A stretch of DNA of 63,992 nucleotides, the filler included, from Folioceros fuciformis (lineage: Eukaryota), in the NCBI GenBank assembly GCA_049999805.1. It is 4 parts of 3 records of this genome, joined end to end, with 100 filler letters (N's around TTAATTAATTAA, not from the genome) between each part and the next. Parts side by side here need not be neighbours in the genome. Positions count along the whole stretch, not along the records: positions 46,843 to 63,992 come from JBNGIO010005636.1; 3 more parts are not named here. One strand, 5' to 3'. The notes beneath the pieces were generated by a model, which made no database searches, had not been told where the DNA came from, and saw only the letters and a program-made list of their open reading frames with translations. The position numbers and the translations under genes are program-made. Below, one piece after another: positions 51,455-63,992 of the stretch; within the stretch, counting starts at the first letter, position 1, and each line of letters starts with the position of its first letter.

Positions 51455-51596
51455 TAGAGCAGAGGTCGAGGGTGTCACCATCATTACCCTCGAGCTGACG
51501 TCTACGCAGCTCTAATAAAAGCAGCCAGCACCGGCAGAAAGCAGGCTACAAGACCGTGGTGTAGCGCCTGCCACAGCATAAATGCCGCTTACATCG
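51455..51596 (+). ncRNA. Possible H/ACA-like two-hairpin RNA
   Basis: Hairpin, ATAAAA (ANANNA), hairpin, ACA; pocket spacing is non-canonical. Confidence 0.2.
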
Positions 51597-51821
51597 CTCT
51601 TGTTTGGTCGTGTGAGCCTCATGAGGCTTTCCATGAAGTCTTAACCTAAGGTTTTATTTTGGACAGTGAGCCTGACGACGTAACGCAGATGAGAGATACT
51701 CACCATGCGGTGGGACGTCATGAGTTATCGCCGTTTGCTAATGTTTGTCAATCCCTACAGCTGTTGCCATCGTTGCAGAGCTCATAATACAGTACGTTCC
51801 TCTGCGTTGTGACAGGCCACA

Positions 51822-54800
51822 CTACTGCTTTGAGATTTTCGAACGGCAACTTGAGTTTGATACATTTTGTGATTTAGGAGGTCTGAGGTTGGGGTTTAAG
51901 TAGAGGATTGGTTGTGACCACTGCCTGTAACCATTTACCTCTTCTTTCGAAACTTTGAGGACATCTGATGCCGGGTTCAATCGTGGTACGATGCTTTTCT
52001 CCTGCAACGCCCAGCGGTTTCTTCAGTTTCATCTCACTATTGTGAAGTTATTAGGGTGGTTTAGAGTCTTGGTTATGCTTTTCATGAACAAAGCGCAGGT
52101 GGCCGCACCTGAGATGGTCGAAAGAGGCATTCCAAAGTTACACCTTTCTCTGGTTTAAGCAGGATCAGGAAGGTCAGACGAGAAATTAGTAATGTCGGAG
52201 AAGGCAAAGCTCAGAGAAAACGTTGAACTGGATCGTGGGAGATTGTTATCCCGTCGAGTGTGAAAATTACCATGTTTGAGTCCCATCACTCCTTTCAACG
52301 TCCTCTCCAGTTGCACTGAAGCGACCCACCTCTGTGCAGAATTGCGCGTTGAAACGTTTGTGCTAAACTCTTCTTGCATTACCAGAGATCAATTATTGCG
52401 GCGGATCTGATTTAGTGCACAGAAACGACCTACCTCTTCCGGCTTTGCAGATTTGACTGGCAGGGCTCTGTCTTGGAAGCATTCGACGGGAGGAAAGCTT
52501 TCGTCCTTCATCTGCTGAGGAACATCTGATGAGTTCCCATACCTGTTTGAGTGTTGCCGAGGCTTGCTTCCTTTGTCCTCAGCCTGATAATCAAAAGTCA
52601 GGTCCTCTGATGAGAAAGGCATTGCTATGAAGCACAGAATCCACCCGTGTATCCTTGAAGGCCATGGAGTGAACCTTTTGCTGCGATTCGGTTTCCACCT
52701 TGACTTTCGCTGGGGCGGGGGGATCCTGACTTCTGCTGCCACGAATCCTAGCACCCAACAGGTCCTTGGCAGAGGAGCTTGGTTTGATGTCTTTCTTCGA
52801 GTCGGAATCCTTGATTTTAGAAATGCCTGTCCTCTCTGCGGCTGCGTCAGACTTATGTTCGTCTGACGTTCCACCTTTGCTGCTGTCAGCAGAAGCCTGG
52901 AGACTGGTTTCCTTGCTCTCATAGTTGAAGAGACGGCTCTTGACTTTGTTGTAGTCTGTCTGGAAACAGAGCAAAATGAGTGACTATGTGCTATCAGCCG
53001 CAGGTGCGTCACCAGTTCGAGAGTCAAGTACGTCACATTTACCGCCTTCCGAGAGGAGACATTCACTCCCTTGGATTTGCTGTGGGATAGTTTGGTCCTC
53101 AATTCTGGCTCTAGACGTGACCTGACCATTGGCTTCACCTGCGAATTGAAACCACGGGATTCAGGATGGATACATACGTATTGTTCCACACAATACAATC
53201 ATACCTTGGACCAGTCGAGCTTTTGAGGGGCCATCATGATGGACTTTCGCTTCAAATAGGGGCGCTTTGGTAGGTCAGGGTGTTCACCGTACTCACTCTC
53301 ATCATATTGCTCGTCCAAGCCAGTGGAATGCCCCAGCATCTGCTGCATCTGAATGCGAAAGTTCTGCCCAGGTAGTTAGTAACTAAACAGCTGCTTAAAT
53401 GAAGGACAAGGGGTGAAAGCAGTGCCTCAGCAAGCCTCACCTGTTCAAAACTTTTATCAGTTTGGCTGAACCTCTGTAGCACTTCATCAGCCAGCACTGC
53501 TCTATCAGACTTAGTGGAAGTGCCGTCATCCTTCGGTTGGTAGATTTGAGCATAAGCCCACTCGGCAGATCTCCTTGCAATTTGTTGATATCCAACCGAT
53601 CCTTGCAAGCTCTGATGGCCAGCTGGCTGTGTTGAGTTGGCAACTAAACTGATGTTGGATGTCTTGAGAGCGGTAGCCCCTCTGCGCTTCTTTCCATCTC
53701 CGCTTTGCGCATGGAGGTTGGCGAAATTCAGAGTATCTGGCAGAGAACTTGTGGATGACTTGAGCAATACTGGGTCGCCAAATTTTGGTGGAGCTCCTCC
53801 AGGCACACCAGATGAGCCAGGCCTGGTGGTATAGATGACTAGGGGAGATGCTGGACTTCTTCTTAAAACAAACCGAGCATCTTTCTCTGGACCTGGGATA
53901 TATATTTGGAACACCGTCAAAACCAGAGGTTCAACTATTCGTAGCTTTCCTGTCTCTCTCTCACTGACAACGGAAACACATGGAATGGTGAAAGCTAGAC
54001 ATCCACGACTCCTTTGCCCGTAACCTCAGATGAGACCATGAATTCTATGCTCCCTGCCATCCTAATGCCAGACGAGCATTTCTTAAAAGGAGTCAGCAGG
54101 AAATACTCGGAAGCAATTGCAAGGGTACTGCTAATGATAGTTGCCAGGCAAGCACTTGACCCGCTACAAGCCAAAATTCATATATGAAGCATTCCAAACC
54201 ATTCAAGGCAGTGCGCAGCTGTAAGAGCTTCTGTTGCAGCTGGTTGTATAGTTGCGGTAGCAGATTTGGTGGAGACTCCCGCGCTGGGTCCAGAGACATT
54301 TCCATGAGAAGAGCCCGTATTTCCTGTAGCCCATCGCATTCTTGAGATGTGGAAGAAATTCATGGAACCGGTTATACTAAAAGGTTACTTTTCTAACGCT
54401 GGTTACCCCGAACATGTTTCGATTTGGTGCTCGACATCAGACCGGCAGACTCTAGCAATCATAGAACTTATCAAGGGTTTGCCCAGCCATAGCCGGGGAC
54501 CCTGTATGACACATACCTTTATCTCCATGATCATTGCTTGCAGCCGCCTTGATTTCAATCGATGCCTCACTCTTGCGCCCTCAGTTGCTGCTTGGACACG
54601 CTCCACCAACCTAAGGAACCTATCTGGATATCAAAGGCACAGACAGAGTAGCCCAGGTGAAGCAATTATTTTTTCTGTGCCACAAAATCACCAACAGAAG
54701 GACTGGTTGTGTGGGACTGGTTATCACTATGGTAGTTCACACTGAAAGCTCCCAGGGAAAGTTCCAACTCTACTCTGCTTATGCATGTGGTGAGTCTCAC

Positions 54801-57800
54801 AACCTCTAGTTCAGGACAAGTCGCACTTACTGTAAGTTGGAGCAACCACACCCCTGCTCAGATGTCTTGCTTTTATGCGGTTGTATAAGCTCTGCCAGCA
54901 AATTTGAACAACAGCACACATGTAAGTTCTTATTTGTCTGCGAGGAACGCAGCTCTTTAGACATGGTTGGCTAATGTGTCCGACTTCTAACAAGCAGGGA
55001 TGTTGCTCAACGAGGACTGAAAAGCAAGCGTCAGTGACCAGCTTGATGTGAGCAAGGGAGCAGTTCAGTCTTGCAGAAAGAAAATACCAAAAGCAGAACA
55101 TGATTTTCTCCAAAAAGCCCACAAGAACCTTTAGGCTGCTTGGCCGGTCTATCGAAAAAGAAGAGGCAAGTCTCCTCTGTTGCTTCAACTTTCTCCACCA
55201 CCGCTGAATTGTGATTGCTGCCTGTTGAAGCAGGCTATATCTAGTCTGGACTAACCCTCTCTGGTTTGTCACCTGTGCATTCATGCCCTGACGTGGACCA
55301 AGGAATCAGCACACTTCCTACTCTGTCAACCTATCTCCTGCGATTCATAAGGAGGTTCTTCTTACTCGTAACTTGGAAGCAGTTTGTAGCTTCACGTCCG
55401 GTAGCTGTCGGAGCCACTCTGGCATTTCTGCAAGCCGCAAGGTTGCAATTTGATCCTGCTTCAACTCTGCTCTTTTCTGTTGCATGCATTTCTTCCACCA
55501 TTTCTGGATGCATGATGCAGCACTATGTCTGCAGACTGCTATGACCTGTGAAAAGTCAAACAAAGCCGAAGACGAGGGACAGATTCAGCTAACATTCATC
55601 TAGAAAACATTCATGTTTCACACTTTTTGTGTACTCGCAAATGGGTTCAAGATGACCTTCTAAAACCCTTGAATGCTGCGTCTTAAAGGAGATGAAGTCA
55701 AAGTCAATGGCGTTGTAATACCATGTTTGTCTGCTTTTCCAACTGCCTCCTATCGTCGACGGCAAAAGGCAACTTGTCTTCTTCTGCTGAGGTCTTCCAG
55801 TTTGAATCACCGTCTTTCTATCATCCCACAACACAAATTGGAATCAACTTTCCCCACAAAACTGTCTTCGTTGATGTAAAATTGACCTTGTAAACAGAGC
55901 GAGGCAGCTGCAATGATGTTTATCAGGTTTCGGAGCTGCTTACAATTGATGTCCCATCATCAGGAGGTAACACTGAGTCATCTGCCGAGCACTCTGATAA
56001 ATTGGAGCATCGGGATCCAGTTCTCCCATGAAATGAGCCAGTTAGCTGATGATTGTTAGAACAACCTCCTCTCACTGCAGATGGTCCACCTGACACAGCT
56101 GAGGATGGGGACGCCGAAGTTCCCTGTTTATAACCAACACTGCTTTCAGTATCGAGCAGCACATCTGAACTAAATTCTCTCATACCTGACAGCACCTTCA
56201 GCAGTCTCACCTTGAATTGTGAAAGCCGAATGTGACGAATCATCTCCGTTTCTTCTTCAGAGAGCCAAAGCATTTGTTGTGCTGTCGACCCACCTGAACT
56301 TGGAACAACCGCAAATGTTGCATCCTTAGGCTGTTGCAGAGATTGTGAGGCTGATGTGCACGGTATGTCTGAACAGGGAGGAAACATTTCATACGGCATA
56401 GTAGGTGTGCATTGTGCACCATGGCTGGTATTAGGAAAAGAACGAATGATGTGGGCGTCATGACCTTGTTTCTTCAAAGGGAACAATGCCTCCTGTGACA
56501 GGTACAGATTTGGCTGCGTCGAGGTGGGTTCTTGCCTTGAATGCAAATCCAAGCTGGGCTGCTGGAAGTTGATGTCATATGGGGCCGAGGTCCGAGGAGA
56601 AACTTGCAGGTTATGACGATGGAAAGACATACTTCCATCGCCAGGCTTCAAGTGCATCGGTGCCACCGGCCAGGTTGAATGAGGCTGCACAGGCGCGCCC
56701 GTGCCAGCTGTACAACTAGTGACTGGGTTATCGGGCAGGCAAGACTCTGCAACAAGTTCATAAGGCTGATGCAGGGAGTGGATGGTTCTGTTATGGTTCT
56801 GACCAGGTAGCAGATGACGATGTGGCCAGGGAAACGCGGTGTCCTGCTGTGGGTGCACACCAAACGGTGATCCAGTACTTCTCTCAGCCTTAGTAAAGGC
56901 ACAATTCTCAATAGGCACGGGCGGCACTTGGGAAGGTCTAGACAAGGGGACAAAAGGCTGTGAGCGGAAGTCAGTGGCTGGTATGCTGCGGGGAAAGGAA
57001 GGTGGCTGCATGCTCGGAGAAACGTAGGCAGACGAACCATAGTTCCTCGGCACTGAAGTCAGGTCCAGTGAATAACCACCACCGAGAGGAAATGCAATTA
57101 TGGGTCGGAGGGGATTATCATGCGGCAGGCAGGTCGAGGGTGCACTCTGACATCTGATTCCGTCATGGCAAGGAACTCGGACCGATTCACAGAGGGGTTG
57201 GGACCTATGTCTAGGCTCCAGTCTACCGCAAGAAGGCAAGTCTGCGTTCCTGGTGGTCTCAAGTAGTAGAGATGTCAATGCAGAGATTTCCATGTGGGAA
57301 GATGAGTCAACAGATGGTGCAACTCTTAAGGGGCCCATTCCTCCTTTGGAACAACTTGAACTCGATCCAGACTCGTCTGTTGACAATGTTGAAAATCGTT
57401 CCAGAAACACCTGCTCAGCTGGAGGAATGTCTTTGCAAATGCTCATGGCATGCACTTTAGAGGACCTCAGTTCTTCTGCAGCAACGTCCTCTGAACAACT
57501 GCTACATCCGTCTTTCTGAGACCTGATTTTGCCCCCACCACTCTTGTGCTGTTCCACTGATTGCTTCAATCTGTTTCCCTGTTCTACATGGGCTCGTGGA
57601 GCATAGTATTCCTCGACTGAAGAGCCATTGACAGGCACTTCCCTGGTACATGAGGAAATATGGTGCGCAGGTCTAGAGGCTTTTGGTGGTTCAGGAATTT
57701 TGGAGATATCTCCCTCGTGTATTGAATCATGTTCTGAGTACCCATCATCCATAACGTGCTGTCCCCCACCTTCCGGGCACTCTCTCGATCTGCGTCGGTC

Positions 57801-59384
57801 AGGTGACCTGCTTTTGCTAGGGCAAGCCGTCCCACTTCTGTCAGNNNNNNNNNNGTCAGGTGACCTGCTTTTGCTAGGGCAAGCCGTCCCACTTCTGTCA
57901 GGTGACCTGCTTTTGCTATGGCAAGTGGTCCTATTCTCCTTATCAACAATCAGTGACAGCGACGTATAACAGTGGCCATTGTGGTTTGGAGAATGGAATT
58001 TCTCTCTTCGCAAATCCAGAATACCCTTCAATTTGTTCCGGAGGGAAACTGGTCTAGGTCCATCCTGACCATCAGAACCCAGAAGTGGTGGGGCTGACTT
58101 GTCACGATTTCTACCGGTAGCCTGCTTGTCAGAATGATGGACACATGAGCCAAATCCCAAAGGAAGACCATTGAAAGAACAGCAGCTCTTCAGCTGTTGA
58201 GACTCTGACGTCTCATGCTCCCCAGAGTCTTCAGGACAGCTTGGAGAAGACACATGACCCTCCAATCCATTAAGCATGTGATGCGTTGATTGGTGAGACT
58301 GCAGCTGTCCACATGGAGCATCGCTTTCCTCGCCATCGTGGGATCCATCATACCGAGAGGTGCTGTGACATGGGGGATCTTCACCTGAGCAAGCGTTCTC
58401 ATGGGAATGCAGACGGTCCTCCGCCTGAGAAGCAGACACATTGCTTCGCTTCTGCATTTTCTTGGGAAGTACAGCAGATCTCCCCACTACATCTTTTCGT
58501 GAGGCTTTTTTTTCCTGACTAAGCCGCAGCCCATTGTGACTTAATCCATGCTTGGATCGAAACATTATTGGCATGCGGCGTAACTTGCTCAGACAGCGCT
58601 CTTTCATATGGAATTCCTTCAATATAGCTCTGAAACCAGTTGCCTGAACCGGAAACTGACCTTCATCTACAACTTCAGTCTCCTTTCCAGGGCTCTCTTC
58701 ATCCTCCTTGAGCAGTTGATAGTCAGATTTGAAATGGTTCTTCCCCGTCCATCCTACCATAGCCTCGTGCAAGGGCTCCTGCCTTCCAGGGCCTTCATCA
58801 GCCGAGCAAGAACTGGAATTGTCAACCTCTAAGGATGTCTGGGCAGACACCAATTCATCGTCGACCACAACATTGGCAACAGTAGCCAGCCTGTGGTCAA
58901 AACACTTCTGCAAAGCCAGAGCAATTTTTTTGGCTGCTGTGTCTTTGGGCAATCCATACCTACAAGCCTTGTCACTAACATCCGAACTATTTTGACAGCT
59001 TTCTCTGCCATTCCTGTCATCTTCACAGAGGTCCTCAGCCTTTACATCTTGCCTGTTGCCAAGAAACGGCTGCTCTTCTCTACAAAATGCTTGCTTCTGC
59101 GGCAACATCCTGCTTGGGTTCAAGACCGTAGTCTCATCCTCCCCTCGCTGATCCTCACAAGGCTGAGTACCATGCCAGTCATTCTCTTCCGTGGTACAGA
59201 GATTTGTGTCTAATGACAGAGCTGCGGGCTCCTTCACACTGTTATCGTGCTCTTCATTGCTTTCCATGGAAAAAGCCAAGCCAAAGGGTTCCAGATGGCT
59301 TCTCGTCCAGCAGCTTGCCATGGATGCCTGACTTGCAGGATCTAGAGCCAACTCTTGACTCTTAGTCTCTTGTCCTTCGACCAT
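51822..59384 (-). CDS. Large multi-exon gene of unknown family: ~3.4-kb Ser/Pro-rich disordered exon followed by short exons with IQ-like calmodulin-binding motifs; ends uncertain
   Basis: 1158-aa ORF 55923-59399; AASCIQKWWKK, AAITIQRWWRK, RVQAATEGARVRHRL in GT-AG-bounded segments. Confidence 0.55.
57798..57917 (-). repeat. In-frame 42-bp coding tandem repeat (DRSGTACPSKSRSP) spanning a 10-N gap
   Basis: GTCAGGTGACCTGCTTTTGCTA repeated three times; copy number unresolved. Confidence 0.85.
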
Positions 59385-59529
59385 TACACCTGAGTTCACA
59401 AGTAAAACCAGTGTGAGTCTTATGATCTTCAGGATTCTTCAACTAGCCATCCTACCCCAAGAAGCTGATCTTAACCCCATGCATGTTCTTGGTTTCTTTA
59501 CCACTTCGCTTTTCACCATGTGTCTTGTA

Positions 59530-61050
59530 TCAAACAGCATCCATACCAGAGGACAATCCGTCAGGCTCCCGCAGGTGTTGCGTGTCTTCGTTTGGGATTT
59601 CCTCGCCATCTGTTCCTCCCTGTACTTCACCTATTTGGGGCCCCTTCTGAGGTCCAAGCGGTTTCTCCATTTCATCTACGTCACTGTTTTCACTCGACAA
59701 GCGTTTCTTGCAATTTCTGCTTGCACTGGGCACACAAAGAACATCATCCTGCACAGCACGAGAAGTGGACTCGCTGTCACAACTCTTGGATGCTGAAAAC
59801 AATCTCTCTGCGTGCATGAAAATATCTCCCACATACTCTTCCCCACATATTGATTCATCTTCATTCTTCTCTGTCACTGTCTGGTTGGCTACCATTACAG
59901 TACCGGGAGTGTCATGACCATTACAATCCCCTTTCGTCCTTCTGCTGCTCATCTTGCCGCCCTTTGTCCTAACCCCATTCCTCTTCCACAACTTCTTCAA
60001 CCCAATGCTAAATGGTCTCTGACCCACTGCAGCGACACCTCCTTTCAGCGAGATAAAGCTGCGGGCAACCGGAGCCCTTTCAGATTTTTCACAGATGTCA
60101 AAGAAGCCGGATTTCAACCAGGCCTTTGTGTTCCTTCTCTTGTCAATCACATGACTTCGCTCCCTCAACATTCTTTCAATGCTCAAAAGGTTCCTTCTAT
60201 TCTCAACATCATTCCCTTTACTCCGCCGCGGTTTCTCCTGCCTACCACGATTCATGCTCAGACCACCATTATCTTTGCCCTGGACAAGAACCTCTGCATT
60301 CTCTGCCCGCCTGGAGTCTGACTGTGCTACCTCGTCTTCAGCAGACATGCTAGCCACGCTACCAGCCCTCACCTTGTCCAGCTGTCTTCTCAACAGGGCA
60401 TTCTCCCTCCAGAGAGCTTCCCTGCATTCCTCCTGCTCCCGGATCTTAGAAGCCATTTCCTGAAGTCGTGATTCACTCAGATCTTTAAGAGTGGTGTGTT
60501 CCAGTCCAAGGAAGCCCCGATGTTCGCTTGTCTGCTCTAAAAGCACATTGAACACCGAGTCGTTCTTTTGCCTACGGCTGTCAAATTGCTCTGCCAATTG
60601 CCTGCTCTTATGGTTCCAATCAAGCCTTTGCCCTTCGACTTCCGTAACTGCCACTGGGTCAAGCTTCTCGTCCATCACACTCCTTCTGGACTTCCCCGTT
60701 CTCATACCGTTCCTAGATAACAGCTCTCTGAACTCAATCCTGATCCTGTAGGGAGACCTAGAGCGCCTGGATTGGTACCTCTTAGGAGGCATGCATGTCT
60801 CTGACAACGTAGCGTAGTCTTTCAAATGAGTTATGCTTGTGCCATTACCCCCACTTGTAACAACCTCTTGATGCTCAGTGCACTTGGGCTTAGAACTGCT
60901 GGTGAAAGTGAAGATAATGCCTTCCCCACTCCCTCCATTCAAGATACCTGTGTTCTCCAAAATGGCATTTCCCCACCCAGAAGGCAGTGCGCTCACTTCG
61001 TCTGCGCTTGCAACATGGCCTGGGGATCTGTTGTGGCTTTCACAACTCAT
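59530..61050 (-). CDS. 506-aa ORF with a predicted coiled coil; separate gene or upstream exon of the IQ-motif gene
   Basis: Long ATG-started ORF; LQEMASKIREQEECREALWRENALLRRQLDKV heptad pattern; no family recognised. Confidence 0.5.
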   Translation of the reverse strand: MSCESHNRSPGHVASADEVSALPSGWGNAILENTGILNGGSGEGIIFTFTSSSKPKCTEHQEVVTSGGNGTSITHLKDYATLSETCMPPKRYQSRRSRSPYRIRIEFRELLSRNGMRTGKSRRSVMDEKLDPVAVTEVEGQRLDWNHKSRQLAEQFDSRRQKNDSVFNVLLEQTSEHRGFLGLEHTTLKDLSESRLQEMASKIREQEECREALWRENALLRRQLDKVRAGSVASMSAEDEVAQSDSRRAENAEVLVQGKDNGGLSMNRGRQEKPRRSKGNDVENRRNLLSIERMLRERSHVIDKRRNTKAWLKSGFFDICEKSERAPVARSFISLKGGVAAVGQRPFSIGLKKLWKRNGVRTKGGKMSSRRTKGDCNGHDTPGTVMVANQTVTEKNEDESICGEEYVGDIFMHAERLFSASKSCDSESTSRAVQDDVLCVPSASRNCKKRLSSENSDVDEMEKPLGPQKGPQIGEVQGGTDGEEIPNEDTQHLREPDGLSSGMDAV

Positions 61051-62519
61051 GCTCCGACTTCGATCAGGAAGGACAAGTCACAATATGGAGACCTGGAGGC
61101 AGCACATGTGAAGCTCAGAATCAGAGCAGATAGCAACACACCGTCGAGGACAAGCTCCTCCTTCGCGACCACTCACAAGAAAGCTTCTCACTGCTTAGCC
61201 GAGCATTTTCAAGAAACTAATCCACTTCTGATGATGCTCCCGTGAAGGCTGAAGGTTGGGCCACTTTTCTAGCAATTGCCCTCCTGAACACCCATCATGC
61301 CAGGGCATGGAGGCACACATGGTTGGGAAGACAAAGCAAGGGGGCACTAGGCCGCATTGCTGGTGCAAGTTTGCATGGCCCACGTAACTACTTAGAAGCA
61401 ACGGGACGATGAGGGTAGGCGGAGCCACTGCAGCCACTGCCTTTCTGGACGAAGAAGGACGAATAGGTGGCAAGAAGGCAAAAGAAAGTCTCCAGCAACG
61501 GTTACAGGGCCCCAGCTTCACCACCGCATACTTTGCTTAACAGCCAGCAGGTCGGAGATGGAATCTTGTGCGCCATGGAGAACACTGTGATGTGAGGTGA
61601 ACTGTTCAAGTGGACCGCCATCCTTCGCACACACGCATGGGCTTGCAGGGACCACCACACAACAGCATGGAAAGATTAGCCCCCATGTTGATCTCGTCGA
61701 CAGCCTTTTTCCTCCTCCAGCTTCTAGTGCTCGTTTTCGGAAGCAATGCTGATTCGGAGAGAACATCAGCTCAGCCCAGCTACTGCAGGTAGGTGTTCTA
61801 CCAATCACAACCTCACTATTGTGGGGGGCGACTTGGAAGTTGATGCAACTTTGAAGATGATAGTTGTATCTACTTTTTTGGGTACGATAGTAGTAAGTGA
61901 GTGGTCAATGCTCGCCGATGGGAGGCTCGATAATTCATCATCACGTCTGTCCTGAGTTTCACGATGTGAGGATGCGTTCTTCGCAATTAGCTGCAGAGTT
62001 GAAAAATTGAAGACGTTGGTTAGCTACCTAGTTCAAATATTGAGGACTATTTGATCGCTCATTTTGCACCGATGACACAGGAGTGGAGATGAGCAACAGA
62101 ATGTCCGATGATCTCTGGCCTGGAGAGCCTTGCTCTGAAAGCTTGGATCATAAGTTCTACCTTTCGGATTCGGAGGGACTGCCTTCTGTGCCTCTCAACA
62201 CCGCAGGTTGGTGCATTGCTGTACCATTGGCTGGGAAAGCAAGCCTTGCAAGGTTCCTGATGTCCTCATGAGGAGTTGTATTGCCTTCAGAGTCGAATTG
62301 TAGTGAAGAAGCATGCGATCTCTTCAATATCGACGTACTGTCGGCTGGCAAGTATTCGGATTATTCGCTTTCGAGAGCTCAATGCGCGGACTCGCCACCT
62401 GATCGCAGTGTGTCGCATGTAAGATGTATGCTCTCTCATTCTTTCAGTCCTCTGTAATGGAACTTGGCGCGTACTTTTCCTCGTGATGGTGCCACTGGCC
62501 TTTGAAGCTTATTGTGTTG

Positions 62520-63150
62520 GCCTGCTCCCAAGAGCGATCTAACTGCCGGGCCTTCGCCAGGTCCAGTTCAAGGACACCAGGGGCCGGCAGGCACGTTTTC
62601 TTCAGGTACGGTGACATAGCTCTGTATGTCTAGTTGCTCCTTGGACGCGTAGACCTGGATTGTGATCGGATAGTGGTGTCCGTGTCACAGCTCGCCATGA
62701 ACGTGGCAAGAGTGTTCAGTCATGCTTCGTGGAGCCTAGGCTATTAGACGAGAAACGGGCAAGGAAACATGACTATCCGGAAGATCTTGTAGAAGTCGAA
62801 GCCGAAACAGAAGCAGAAGATGCGAAGGAGGAAGGAAGTCGAATGGTTCCTGGTTCTAATCTGGCTTTTGGTTGTGCTGTGCAGCTACTCTACCAGGACC
62901 ACCTTGGTCACTGAGGCATTCACCACCGAAGGAGCTTGCCAAACTGACAGAGTTCCAAGAAGAGTTGGTGCAGTTAGCTTCACAGTTGAATGGTGATCAC
63001 TTGTTGAACAGCTATCCCAACATTGGAAAACTCCTGAACGTGGGGCAAGCGAATGCATACACTCGAGACCATGGCTAGATTCCTGGAGGAGGGTAGGAGG
63101 GCACTGCGGAATGGTGGGAATAGCACAATGTTGTAAGGCTGATGCCATCT
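62520..63150 (+). pseudogene. C-terminal remnant of non-specific phospholipase C (NPC, phosphoesterase family)
   Basis: TLPGPPWSLRHSPP..AKLTEFQEELVQLASQLNGDHLLNSYPNIGK..V..AN.Y, then frameshifted ARFLE; the rest of the gene is not recognisable. Confidence 0.75.
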
Positions 63151-63284
63151 GCTTTACCAGTAACCCTCAGATATTTGGGTCTACCCCTTACGTCGGTGCG
63201 TCATGGTAGGGTTTGAAGGAACTGACTTGATGCAGTATCCAAACCAAACCGTGGAGTTGATGAGTTAACTGGTCACATGGAAAA

Positions 63285-63992
63285 ATGGACGGGATGCCTC
63301 CAGCCAGGCCAACTGCTAGACATGCGGTCTCCCCGAGACACCATGTTGAAGCTCATTGCTACCCCACCAAGGGACGTCGCAGTGTCAAGTGCTTTGCAGT
63401 GGGGAAGACAGGGATTGCATCTGAGCAAAGAGTCCCGGCTCCCAGTAACTTGGGCCCGGATCCAGTTGGGTTTTTTAAGGAGAAGAATCTCACCTCGAAA
63501 GCCTTCCCGCAGTATTTGCGTGAAAGGTACTACTCTTTCAAGCTCTGTATGGTGTATTGTTTTAGTAAACATGAAACGAAAGTAGCTGGAGGTGAAAACT
63601 GTGGTTGGTTCAGGACTTGGAATTTGAAGCAGACATAGCATAGGAAAAGGGGAAAATTTTCTCCTGAGCTGCTGCAATTGTTGTCCAGGTACAAAGCTTT
63701 GACGGACTTGAGAATGCTGATAGCTGAGCAGGATGACAATCTTCTTGCCTTCGCATCAGCGTACGTGACGCTTTGTGTACCTCCTTTGATGGTCCACAGT
63801 GGTGAGGGTTGGGAAGGGGGGATTGACCCGCTAGTATGCATCGCAGATATGAGGATATGGGTCTCCATCGAACTCCCTTTCATGCTGTTGAGCTTATTGA
63901 ATGGGCTCCAGGTAAAATTTGTTCTCTTCGTTTTCACTTCTGGTGAACAAGTGCATGCATCCATTTTGTAGTAGCTGCATCCTATATCTTGG
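63285..63992 (+). CDS. SBE3: Plastid 1,4-alpha-glucan branching enzyme class III (SBE3/AtBE1-like), 5' exons 63285-63526, 63689-63760, 63847-63911; continues beyond the window
   Basis: Transit-like N-terminus, DPVGFF..KAFPQYLRER|YKAL.DL..FASA|YE.MGLHR..H.VE..EWAP; GT-AG introns keep the frame. Confidence 0.8.

Noticed and set aside
63530-63964. 144-aa minus-strand ORF
   Set aside because: Antisense to the branching enzyme exons

Overview
Plant nuclear DNA. Dense genes with mostly 50-150 bp GT-AG introns and an intronless PLS-class PPR gene suggest a small-genome non-seed vascular plant, probably a Selaginella-like lycophyte (inference). Left end (1-7.2 kb): a decayed Ty1/Copia element whose integrase is interrupted by a 1.1-kb TRIM with a 5-bp TSD and a flipped U5/PBS segment. 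7.7-28.7 kb: a gene block with AK6, cytosolic ValRS, beta-tubulin, an ankyrin-repeat ACBP, a PLS-E+ PPR and a single-DUF26 protein, with PPR and GT90 pseudogene debris between genes. 29.4-50.2 kb: a nested LTR-retrotransposon island broken by three artificial N/TTAATTAATTAA gaps. It holds three copies of a ~1-kb LTR family, a solo LTR, tandem repeats and the most interesting item: a decayed intronless ORF fusing an LHP1-type chromodomain and hinge to an unidentified domain, lying just upstream of an LTR, with that domain present again 10 kb away. Right end: an nsLTP-like 8-Cys gene, a large IQ-motif gene of unknown family, a phospholipase C (NPC) remnant and the 5' exons of a starch branching enzyme III-type gene. 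All family assignments are by motif recognition; no searches were run.
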